Part shown: positions 9,189 through 17,853 of the stretch, piece by piece
Position numbering within the stretch: the first letter of the stretch is position 1
Layout: each line of letters begins with the position of its first letter
From: an uncultured Lachnospiraceae bacterium
Lineage (GTDB): Bacteria > Bacillota > Clostridia > Lachnospirales > Lachnospiraceae
Length of the DNA: 64,000 nt
Direction of reading: 5' to 3'
Assembly: GCA_910577825.1 (NCBI GenBank)
Contig: CAJTOK010000013.1
Span: 416-64,415 of the forward strand
Made by a program: the position numbers and the translations under genes
The notes under the pieces: model-generated
What the model saw: only the letters and a program-made list of their open reading frames with translations
Told to the model about the DNA's origin: nothing
Database searches by the model: none

Positions 9189-11480
9189 TTATCCTGTTTT
9201 TTTAACGGCTGGATAAAGCATCAAAGATAACCCGGAAAGATATATAGCAATTCCTGCTATGTATTCCCAGCTGGCTATAACAGGTGTATTAGTAACCACA
9301 TTGGACTTCCAGAGATAAGCCACAATTATAATTCCAAGAACTGCACCCAGGACAGCCCCGGAAACCATATAGCTCCATACCTGTATCCAGCAGATTCTCC
9401 GGACTCTCTTATCTGGTGCTCCAAGCATACGGAATACCTGGTATTCTTTTCTTCTTGTATATAACATTCCCCTTGCTGAATTAAGCAATCCAGCACCTGA
9501 AACAGCCAGAAGCATTCCAAGGACAATATACATGGCCGTTGTCCATTGTGACACCATAAGGCCTGATTGTTCCATAATATCATCATAAATATTCCAGTCA
9601 AAATCTTTTCCAAATTCCACCTGTAGCTGCTGGAGTTTCTCCCTGGCCAGCTCTTTATCACCATTTAGCCATAACCCTAAATAAGTGCCGTCCAAATCTT
9701 CCCCAGTAAACCCATTTCCGCACAAATTATCCCAGTCCACAATAACATTATATAGCTCATTCCATACAGTGCCTGTTTTTACAATCTCCACCAGGATAAA
9801 ATCTTTCCGTCCTCCTAAATAATCTGATTCCAAGGTAACAGTATCCCCAGGTTTACAGCCTTTTCCAGCTGCAACAGACTCTTCCATAACAATTCTCTTT
9901 GTTTTTGGTACTTTTTCATAATGCTCCCATACTTCTGCATGTAAAAGCTGTGGAAGTGTTTCCAAATCTGACACTTTAAAATAATCCAGGGATTTACCAT
10001 CCTCTTTGCCCTGAACCATCCTGAAATCACCATAAAGCATATATCCGCTTCCCATTACAGGCTGGAAACGCTTATATAATTTTTGCACATAAGACAAAGA
10101 CATAGGTTTTGTGGAAGAAATTTCCCCTTTCGCCATTTTTCCTTCCATAGAATTATAGTTAAACCAGTTGTCATTTGCTTCCAATAATTTAATGGATACC
10201 TGGCCAGTATAGGAAAGTGCTGTAATAATGGCGATAATTAAAATTATTATAAAATTTTGCTGGAATTTTAATGCCATTAATTTCATGCCCAGATAACCTT
10301 CTGTTCCAATAACTTTACGCAATGCCAGAAAACGGCTGGCTTTTTTGCTTTTTTTAAGTCCAGAAGAAGTTTCCTGGAATACCTGTACTGGCAATACTCT
10401 TTGCCCATACCGGAATACAATATATATAAAGAAATTAAATAATACAAATACGGCTGCCGTAATCTGCCATAACACCTTCCAGTTTAAACTGGCACTGCCA
10501 TCAAATAATTGTGTCTTATTATTAAACCAGTTTAAAGCAGCACCAGAAACCAGTGCACTGGACATTGCCCCTGCAAGGCACCCGGCTGCGCTTATTATAG
10601 CTGACATAGAACCAAATATAGCCTGCACCTGTTCCTGGCTTCCGCCCACAGTACGGATAACAGCCATATCTTTTCTGTATTTCCGCATATATTCCATGAA
10701 AATATTTACTACAAACAGGCCACTGGTTATGATTACCACTACAAAAAGTCCCTTAAATAATATCCTGGCATTTTTCAGCATGGTATTATATCCATCTCCT
10801 TCTCTCTGGTCTGACACCTGGAAATCCGGATTCTGTAATCCAATACGCATGCTTAATGTTAATCTGCCATTATGTTCTGTATAAGCAGAATCATAGCATT
10901 GCAACAGCATATAATTAACCTGTGTGGTATCCTTATGCCCAAGTAACTGGTGAAGCTGTGATAATTCCATAATTGCCATAGGCATTTTATAATCAGACAT
11001 AGAATCTGTCTTTATAACTTCTATAATTTGAAAGCCTCTCCCGCCCACTTGGAAAATATCTCCCACTGTTTTGTTTTCACGGCGTCCAAGGGATTCATTT
11101 ATTATTATGCTGTCCTCTTTTATATTTTTTGTATACTTGTACAGGCTTTTGTTAATAGCATCGTCTGCCACACCTGCCATATAGATATCTAAAAGTTCTC
11201 CCGTCCGGTACCCCCTGCTGGCCGTTTTCACATCTTTTTCCTGTTCTAAAAACCTGATTTCACCATTATTAAAAGTTCCGCCATCACACTTCGTCACCTG
11301 TAAATCAAACTTGCCTTTTTTTGCAGCCAGTCCTGCTTCTATTGATGCTTCTGCACCCGATAATAACTGGAACATGCTTATACTCAGAAAACACGCAACA
11401 AAAATACTTAAAAATGCAGAAAATGTAAGCATTTTGCTGTTTTTCATAAAAATAATTCCTATCCAGGTAATTTTTTTCAT
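9189..11480 (-). CDS. FtsX-like ABC transporter permease (two permease modules)
   Basis: 763 aa with two clusters of TM segments separated by large extracytoplasmic regions. Located immediately downstream of a MacB/LolD-type ATPase. Confidence 0.75.
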   Translation of the reverse strand: MKKITWIGIIFMKNSKMLTFSAFLSIFVACFLSISMFQLLSGAEASIEAGLAAKKGKFDLQVTKCDGGTFNNGEIRFLEQEKDVKTASRGYRTGELLDIYMAGVADDAINKSLYKYTKNIKEDSIIINESLGRRENKTVGDIFQVGGRGFQIIEVIKTDSMSDYKMPMAIMELSQLHQLLGHKDTTQVNYMLLQCYDSAYTEHNGRLTLSMRIGLQNPDFQVSDQREGDGYNTMLKNARILFKGLFVVVIITSGLFVVNIFMEYMRKYRKDMAVIRTVGGSQEQVQAIFGSMSAIISAAGCLAGAMSSALVSGAALNWFNNKTQLFDGSASLNWKVLWQITAAVFVLFNFFIYIVFRYGQRVLPVQVFQETSSGLKKSKKASRFLALRKVIGTEGYLGMKLMALKFQQNFIIILIIAIITALSYTGQVSIKLLEANDNWFNYNSMEGKMAKGEISSTKPMSLSYVQKLYKRFQPVMGSGYMLYGDFRMVQGKEDGKSLDYFKVSDLETLPQLLHAEVWEHYEKVPKTKRIVMEESVAAGKGCKPGDTVTLESDYLGGRKDFILVEIVKTGTVWNELYNVIVDWDNLCGNGFTGEDLDGTYLGLWLNGDKELAREKLQQLQVEFGKDFDWNIYDDIMEQSGLMVSQWTTAMYIVLGMLLAVSGAGLLNSARGMLYTRRKEYQVFRMLGAPDKRVRRICWIQVWSYMVSGAVLGAVLGIIIVAYLWKSNVVTNTPVIASWEYIAGIAIYLSGLSLMLYPAVKKTG

Positions 11481-11487
11481 GTTAAAA

Positions 11488-12264
11488 TCACTTTGTTAAT
11501 CCTTTCTCTATCTTAGCTGCTTTCTGTGCCTCCCTGAATCCGTCAAGTATCCCATCCACATCCCCCTTGCCTTCCTGCTTTTCATATTCACCATAAATGC
11601 GGCCATCCTGTAAAAACAAAATCCGGTCTGCATAACTTGCAATGGCTGGGTCATGGGTAACCAAAATGGTGCTTTGTCCCTCTTTTTCTTTTAAATCAAG
11701 AAATATCTGCATAATTTCATAAGCTGTATTACAGTCTAAATTTCCAGTGGGTTCATCAGCTAATAAAATCTTTGGATTGTTAATCAAAGCCCTTGCAATG
11801 GCAACCCTCTGTTTCTGCCCGCCAGAAAGGCTGGACACTGGATTCTTCCCCTTATCTCCAATACCTGCCATATCAAGAATTTCTTTTGTGCGCTTAATAA
11901 TCTCTTTACTTTTTTCACCTGTCAATATTAAAGGCAGGGACACGTTTTCCTCTACTGTAAAATCATGTATCAGTTTAAAATCCTGGAAAATAAATCCAAT
12001 GTTTTCATAACGGATTTTAGTTGCACGGGGCTCTGTCCCATAATTTTTTTCCAATATTCCATTTAAATAAATTTCTCCTTTATCAGCCACATCCATAGCC
12101 CCTATAATATGAAGCAGTGTACTCTTGCCAGAACCGCTGCTTCCCATAATTGCAAGCAGTTCTCCTTTTTTTAGTGAAAGTGAAATTCCTTTTAAAGCCT
12201 CCAGGGTTTCATTGCCATTCTTGTAAAATTTGTGGATATCCTTCATTTCAATAATGTTTGTCAT
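11488..12264 (-). CDS. ABC transporter ATP-binding protein (MacB/LolD type)
   Basis: GSSGSGKST, LSGGQKQRVAIARAL, LLADEPTGNLD. Confidence 0.9.
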   Translation of the reverse strand: MTNIIEMKDIHKFYKNGNETLEALKGISLSLKKGELLAIMGSSGSGKSTLLHIIGAMDVADKGEIYLNGILEKNYGTEPRATKIRYENIGFIFQDFKLIHDFTVEENVSLPLILTGEKSKEIIKRTKEILDMAGIGDKGKNPVSSLSGGQKQRVAIARALINNPKILLADEPTGNLDCNTAYEIMQIFLDLKEKEGQSTILVTHDPAIASYADRILFLQDGRIYGEYEKQEGKGDVDGILDGFREAQKAAKIEKGLTK

Positions 12265-12383
12265 TTTTCTTCCCACTTCCAAAACTTAGTGTTATATCGG
12301 GGCTGTTTATTATATCTGCTATTTTCTGCAATTTTAACAAATACCCCGTCTTTTGTAAACAAAAGTGGTGGTTTATGGATTCC

Positions 12384-12851
12384 TTAATATCCTTTACAGA
12401 CATCCACCCATTCTGTATAACCCGAATATTTTTCCATCTCTGGGATAGTAAGCTCTATTGCGCTGTTCCCGCTGCCACAGGCAGGAAAAACTGTAACAAA
12501 GCGTTTTAATGATATATCCAGGTATACCTTCACACCTTCATTTACTGCAAACGGGCAGACACCGCCTGCTGCATGTCCCACCAGTGTTTCTACCTTATCC
12601 AGTGGAAGCATTTTAGCTTTTTTCCCAAATTTTGCTTTATATTTTTGGTTGTCAATCTTTACATCACCTGCTGCCACAATTAGCACTACTTCATTTTCCA
12701 GCATAAAAGAAAGGGTTTTTGCTATTCTCTGGGGCTCACAGTGTAATGCTTTGGCTGCAAGCTCTACTGTTGCACTGGACCTGTCAAATTCCTGGATTTT
12801 TTCTTCCATACCATATTCCCTGAAATATGCCTTTACCTTTTCAGCTGCCAT
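12384..12851 (-). CDS. YbaK/EbsC-family aminoacyl-tRNA deacylase-like protein
   Basis: 155 aa; KTLSF...VLIVAAGDVKIDNQKYKAKFG...GHAAGGVCPF pattern typical of YbaK/ProX-type editing domains. Confidence 0.7.
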   Translation of the reverse strand: MAAEKVKAYFREYGMEEKIQEFDRSSATVELAAKALHCEPQRIAKTLSFMLENEVVLIVAAGDVKIDNQKYKAKFGKKAKMLPLDKVETLVGHAAGGVCPFAVNEGVKVYLDISLKRFVTVFPACGSGNSAIELTIPEMEKYSGYTEWVDVCKGY

Positions 12852-12983
12852 TATTGTCCTCCTTTAATTATCTGGATAAAAAATTATGTTATAAACAGTA
12901 CATACTTTGCCTGAAACATTATGGTATATGTTTGGAACACCCGCTTTAATATGTTATAACATATAAGCAGGCAAAATAAAAGA

Positions 12984-13012
12984 ATTTTTTATCAGGACAA
13001 ACGCATGAATAA
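12984..13012. repeat. left target-site duplication (12984..12992 ATTTTTTAT) plus IRL (12993..13012)
   Basis: IRL CAGGACAAACGCATGAATAA is the exact reverse complement of 14243..14262. The 9-mer ATTTTTTAT recurs at 14263..14271. Confidence 0.9.
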
Positions 13013-14262
13013 ACAAATTGTAAATATTACCAGTTTCTGTTAGAATAAAACAAAAATTGGAGGATAATTATATGGAAAAACTGTTACAGTGGATGGAATA
13101 CATTGAAGATGTACGGCAGGAGAAAAAAATACGGCATAAACTTAAGGATATCCTGGTAATAGTCTTGTTTGCAACACTGGCAAATGCAGATGACTGGGTG
13201 GAAATTGCAGAATTTGGGGAAGTTTATGAAGATTATTTAAAAAAGTACATAGGACTGGAAAATGGTGTGCCATCACATGATACAATACAGAGGGTAATGG
13301 GTATGGTTTCACCAGAATCCATGCAGCAGCTGTATGTAAAATGGCAGGGACTGCTGGACAGCCGTGAAGGGGAAGCACTTAAAAGGATTGTCTGCATAGA
13401 CGGGAAAACTATGCGTGGGAACAGGCGGAAAGAAGAAAAACCGCTGCACATTGTGTCTGCATGGAGCAAAGAAGACGGCTTTTGCATGGGACAGAAAGCA
13501 GTCATGGAAAAAAGCAATGAAATTACAGCAATCCCCATGCTTTTAGAAAATATACAGATAAAAGGCAGCATTGTAACAATAGATGCAATGGGCACACAGA
13601 CAGCCATAGCAGAAAAAATAAAAAGCAGGCACGGGGATTATATGCTTGCTGTAAAAGGAAACCAGAAAACATTATATAATGATATAAAAGATTATTTTTC
13701 AGAAAAAGAGTTCCTCAGAAAAATAAAAGAAAACGGCAGCTATAAAAAAAGCATTGAAAAAGCACATGGCCAGCTGGAAACCAGGGAATATTACCAGACT
13801 GGTGATATAAAGTGGCTTTGCCAGCGCAAAGACTGGAAAGGCATGAAAAGCATAATAATGGAACGTAAAGTACTGGAAAAAAAGGGGAGACAGCATACAG
13901 AATACAGGTATTATATAAGCAGCATTGCAGAAGATATAAACCTTGCCAGCAGGGCAGTGCGGGGACACTGGAGTGTTGAAAGCATGCACTGGCATCTTGA
14001 TGTGACATTCCGGGAGGATTATAATATAACAGCAGACAAAACAGCCGCCCAGAACCACAACATAATACGTAAATGGTGTTTAAGTGTGCTTAAACTTGCA
14101 GAGCTGTCCCTTAAAAATAAAAGGCTTTCATTAAAAAAGAAACGTTTTGCTATAAGTTTAAAACCAATAAAATTCTTAGAGGAGGTATTGAATGTTTAAA
14201 AACTAAAAAAATAGTATATATTTATTAAAAGGGATGTTATAATTATTCATGCGTTTGTCCTG
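12993..14262 (+). mobile_element. ISAs1-family insertion sequence, intact (1270 bp)
   Basis: Perfect 20-bp terminal inverted repeats, a 9-bp direct target duplication and a single transposase ORF filling the element. Confidence 0.9.
13072..14199 (+). CDS. ISAs1-family transposase (H-repeat-associated type)
   Basis: MEKLLQWMEYIEDVRQEKKIRHKLKDILVIVLFATLANADDWVEIAEFG... and the C-terminal HWSVESMHWHLDVTFREDY motif. ATG at 13072 follows GGAGGA. Confidence 0.85.
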   Translation: MEKLLQWMEYIEDVRQEKKIRHKLKDILVIVLFATLANADDWVEIAEFGEVYEDYLKKYIGLENGVPSHDTIQRVMGMVSPESMQQLYVKWQGLLDSREGEALKRIVCIDGKTMRGNRRKEEKPLHIVSAWSKEDGFCMGQKAVMEKSNEITAIPMLLENIQIKGSIVTIDAMGTQTAIAEKIKSRHGDYMLAVKGNQKTLYNDIKDYFSEKEFLRKIKENGSYKKSIEKAHGQLETREYYQTGDIKWLCQRKDWKGMKSIIMERKVLEKKGRQHTEYRYYISSIAEDINLASRAVRGHWSVESMHWHLDVTFREDYNITADKTAAQNHNIIRKWCLSVLKLAELSLKNKRLSLKKKRFAISLKPIKFLEEVLNV

Positions 14263-14271
14263 ATTTTTTAT
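14243..14271. repeat. IRR (14243..14262) plus right target-site duplication (14263..14271)
   Basis: Reverse complement of the IRL, followed by ATTTTTTAT. Confidence 0.9.
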
Positions 14272-14280
14272 TTTAATTAT

Positions 14281-14309
14281 TTGACATTTTCCTGCCAGGG
14301 ACTTATAAT
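14281..14309 (+). promoter_or_regulatory. sigma-A-type promoter of blaI-blaR1
   Basis: TTGACA (14281..14286), a 17-nt spacer, then TATAAT (14304..14309). Confidence 0.7.
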
Positions 14310-14316
14310 ATTTATA

Positions 14317-14328
14317 TTACATTTGTAA
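14317..14328 (+). promoter_or_regulatory. candidate BlaI/MecI operator dyad
   Basis: TTACATTTGTAA (TTACA-nn-TGTAA) lies just downstream of the -10, matching the TACA/TGTA dyad known for BlaI/MecI repressors. Confidence 0.6.
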
Positions 14329-14346
14329 GAACCAGGAGGTGCTGCC

Positions 14347-14736
14347 ATGAGTGATTACCCACAGATTTCCGAAGCGGAATATGAAGTAATGAAGATTGTA
14401 TGGAAATATGCCCCTATTAACACTAATGAAATAACAGAGAAACTTTTAGCGGTATCATCATGGAGCCCTAAAACCATACAGACCTTAATTAAACGTCTGG
14501 TAAATAAAGGCGTACTGGCTTATGAAAAAGAAAGCAGGGTATTTGTCTACACACCCCTGGTACAGGAATGTGACTATATTGGCCAGGAAAGCAAATCATT
14601 TCTGAACCGTTTTTTTAATGGCAATATTACTGCTATGGTATCCTCGTTCCTTGAAAATGACAGGCTGCCGGAATCAGAAATTAATAATTTACGCTCCATT
14701 CTCTCTGCCAGTTTCCATAAAAAAGATGGTGAATAA
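14347..14736 (+). CDS. blaI: BlaI/MecI/CopY family transcriptional repressor
   Basis: ISEAEYEVMKIVW...WSPKTIQTLIKRLVNKG winged-helix region. 129 aa, directly upstream of a BlaR1-type gene. Confidence 0.9.
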   Translation: MSDYPQISEAEYEVMKIVWKYAPINTNEITEKLLAVSSWSPKTIQTLIKRLVNKGVLAYEKESRVFVYTPLVQECDYIGQESKSFLNRFFNGNITAMVSSFLENDRLPESEINNLRSILSASFHKKDGE

Positions 14737-14767
14737 ACAATCTGTTTGCAAAAATGAGGTGAATGAA

Positions 14768-16588
14768 ATGGCTGGTTTTGTGGTATATTTTTTTATATGC
14801 AATATTTTTACCAGTGGAATAATCTGTATCTTATATACAATAAAGAAAGTTTTTAGGACTAAACTGTCCAGCCGGATGCAATACAATCTCAGCTTTATTT
14901 TATTTGTATTTTTAGCACTTCCTTTTATTCCATTCCGTATATTTAATATATCTGCCTGGTTTAATACCCTGGCTGGCAGCCGCCCGGATAATATAAATGC
15001 TGCTGTAAATAATGCAGGCCGCCATAACCTTACAGGCATTCCAGGCCAAATCGGTGATTTTGCCATTTCTGCCAGCCGCAAAGCACCGTCTGCTATTGGT
15101 TATATATTATGCTTTTTATGGTTTACAGGCATCTGTGTAATGGTAATTTTATTGCTGGAATCATTATACCGTCTGCACAAAATTATTAAATCTTCACTTC
15201 CCCTGCAAAATAGTGAAGTTAAAAACTTATATTATAAATGTTTAAGCGAATCGGGAATCCATTTGGAAATCCCGGTTTACAGCACGGCATTTATAAAATC
15301 CCCTTTTATTACCGGCTTTTTAAAACCACGCATTTACCTTCCAATCCATACAATATCTGATTATGAAGCTGGCAGTATGCGTTTTATGCTGTTACATGAA
15401 TTACAGCATTTCAAGCATAAAGATATGTTTACCAGCTATTTAACCATCCTGCCAGGTATTCTGTACTGGTTTAACCCGTTTGTATGGTATGCTTTGGATG
15501 AAATAAGATGTGAGCGTGAAATTGCCTGTGATTCTTCTGTCCTGCAAATGCTCCAGGAAACAGAGTATGAGGAGTATGGCAATACACTTGTCAGCTTTGC
15601 AGAAAAGATTTCCAGCCAGAACCGGTCTTTTTCCGCATTCCCGTTTATTACAAGTATTGGTGGAAACAGAAAGCAAACCAGGAAACGTATCTTAAATATA
15701 TCGTCCTATAAGAAAGCAGACCACCGCCAAAAAGTACAAAGCTGCACTGCATGTATTTTTACTATGGCAGTATTTCTTATGCTTCTGCCTGTCCTTCCAG
15801 CATATACAGGCGTGCAGGACAGATACAGTTTTGACGAAAAAAATAAAACAGTTGACTATATAGATTTAAAATCTGAATTTGGTAAATACAACGGAAGTTT
15901 TGTTTTATATAACAGTGCCAGCGGTGCATGGACTATCTATAATAAAGAAGCTGCCCTGGAGCGTATACCGCCTGGTTCTACTTATAAAATTTATAGTGCC
16001 CTTCTCGGTTTAGAATCTGGCATAATTACACCAGAACATTCAGAAATGGCATGGAACGGGAAAGATTATCCTTTTGACGCCTGGGAATCCGGCCATAATT
16101 TAAATTCAGCCATGCGTTCTTCCGTCAACTGGTATTTCCAGAATATTGACAATACAGCAGGAATGGACAATATAAAAACATATTTACAGAAGATAGGTTA
16201 TGGCAACCAGCAGGCCAGTGGCGACATAGACTTATACTGGACTGATTTTTCACTGAAAATATCCCCTGTAGAACAAGCCGTGCTGCTAAAGAAATTTTAC
16301 AATAATGATTTTGGATTTTCCTGGAAAAATATAAAAGCCATAAAAGAAGCTATTTTAATTTCTAATACGCCATCTGGAACACTCTCTGGCAAGACAGGGA
16401 CTGGCAGGGTGGACGGACAGGATATAAATGGCTGGTTTACCGGATATATTGAAAGAAACGGCTACGTTTACTATTTTGCAACAAATATCCAGGGTGCATC
16501 TGGGGCAACTGGAAGTGCTGCAGCAGAGATTTCCCTGTCTGTTTTATCAGGCATGGGGCTTTGGGAAAACAAATTTATCCAGGAGTAA
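14768..16588 (+). CDS. blaR1: BlaR1/MecR1-type sensor-transducer (M56 peptidase plus penicillin-binding sensor domain)
   Basis: HELQH zinc motif within the TM region. The C-terminal domain carries STYK (SxxK), SSVN and KTGTG. Start placed at ATG 14768 after GAGGTGA (the track ORF begins at 14618 inside blaI). Confidence 0.85.
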   Translation: MAGFVVYFFICNIFTSGIICILYTIKKVFRTKLSSRMQYNLSFILFVFLALPFIPFRIFNISAWFNTLAGSRPDNINAAVNNAGRHNLTGIPGQIGDFAISASRKAPSAIGYILCFLWFTGICVMVILLLESLYRLHKIIKSSLPLQNSEVKNLYYKCLSESGIHLEIPVYSTAFIKSPFITGFLKPRIYLPIHTISDYEAGSMRFMLLHELQHFKHKDMFTSYLTILPGILYWFNPFVWYALDEIRCEREIACDSSVLQMLQETEYEEYGNTLVSFAEKISSQNRSFSAFPFITSIGGNRKQTRKRILNISSYKKADHRQKVQSCTACIFTMAVFLMLLPVLPAYTGVQDRYSFDEKNKTVDYIDLKSEFGKYNGSFVLYNSASGAWTIYNKEAALERIPPGSTYKIYSALLGLESGIITPEHSEMAWNGKDYPFDAWESGHNLNSAMRSSVNWYFQNIDNTAGMDNIKTYLQKIGYGNQQASGDIDLYWTDFSLKISPVEQAVLLKKFYNNDFGFSWKNIKAIKEAILISNTPSGTLSGKTGTGRVDGQDINGWFTGYIERNGYVYYFATNIQGASGATGSAAAEISLSVLSGMGLWENKFIQE

Positions 16589-17837
16589 ACCGGTACTGGT
16601 ACTCTGGTATGTCCCTGATACCTCCATTTAAAATTTTATTGCCCAGATATTGGAAACTTCCATCTTTTGCAAAACGTACCGTCAGTTCATGGGTAATTAT
16701 CGCTTCATTACATAAAACCATCTCACATACTGCATCTACAGCAAGAGTAACCGTCCCGTCCGGATTTTTCTTTATCCCTGTCACTTCTGGAATGGAAGTT
16801 CCAAAATAATCAGGGGCATAATTAAAACATCCCAGCCTTTGCCAGAGGTATGTGCCTTTCTTTTTATCAAAAGCCGCAGCTTTTTGTATTATCTGGGAAG
16901 AAACTGGAAGATATTCCATAACCAGGCTTTCAAATTTATCTTTTGGTATTCCATCCGGATATTTCTGGCCATCAAATTTTTTCTTATATTTCATTTTATA
17001 TAAATATTCATAAAGTCCATTATAATCTAGTTTTTCCAGATGGTTTTCATTCCAGTTGGAACACAGAAGATTATTCCCCTGGTATCCCAGACCCTGCACA
17101 CACTGTTTTGAAAGCCTGCGTTTTTTCCTGCCCATTGGTTTAATCCGGATTAAATAGCTCCCATCTGCCACTTCCATCACATCTGGATATTCTGGCACAC
17201 ACAGTTCATAGCAAAACCACCCCTTATCTGAATATCTCCATTTCTTTATTTTTGTATAAGAAATAAATGACATACAGGGCTTATTGTCTTTATCCCATTC
17301 CGCCGTTGATGTTAAAATATACATATCTGTACCATTATAAATATATTTATTTCTGCCAAGGCTTCCATCTAAAAGTATCTTATAAATAACAACTGAACCC
17401 TTTTTCCCTGTTTCCGCATTTTTTAAAAACGCATGGACTTGTTTATGGTTTTCCATATTAGAATATATTTCGGAACTGGTAACTGGATATCCCTGTTTCT
17501 TTATCTTCATTACCATCTTTTTCATGGACTTATGGCTTAGAACAGCATTTAGGGAATCCCCTTTATCTGCCTGTTTATAAATATTGGCAAGCAGCAGCAT
17601 TAACCGGCAGGAATCACGTCCTGCCTCTTCCCTGTCCTGGTCTGGTACAGGCAGCCCATAGCCTTTTCCTTCCCCGGAATCCGCAGGCTTTTCTGGAATA
17701 GTAACTGCTGCTGTTTCTTTTGCCGCTTCTTCTTTTGGCTCTATAATGGTTTCTGCTGTTTTTTCCGCTTTACTGCAATAACACAAAAACATGCTGCATG
17801 CCAGTATAAAAACAATAAGATATTTTTTTTGGTTCAT
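16575..17837 (-). CDS. hypothetical lipoprotein
   Basis: Signal peptide with a lipobox-like LCYCS. 420 aa, no recognised catalytic motif. Directly downstream of the PBP gene; its 3' end overlaps blaR1 convergently by 14 nt. Confidence 0.55.
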   Translation of the reverse strand: MNQKKYLIVFILACSMFLCYCSKAEKTAETIIEPKEEAAKETAAVTIPEKPADSGEGKGYGLPVPDQDREEAGRDSCRLMLLLANIYKQADKGDSLNAVLSHKSMKKMVMKIKKQGYPVTSSEIYSNMENHKQVHAFLKNAETGKKGSVVIYKILLDGSLGRNKYIYNGTDMYILTSTAEWDKDNKPCMSFISYTKIKKWRYSDKGWFCYELCVPEYPDVMEVADGSYLIRIKPMGRKKRRLSKQCVQGLGYQGNNLLCSNWNENHLEKLDYNGLYEYLYKMKYKKKFDGQKYPDGIPKDKFESLVMEYLPVSSQIIQKAAAFDKKKGTYLWQRLGCFNYAPDYFGTSIPEVTGIKKNPDGTVTLAVDAVCEMVLCNEAIITHELTVRFAKDGSFQYLGNKILNGGIRDIPEYQYRFTPG

Positions 17838-17853
17838 ATTATGTTATCCCCTT

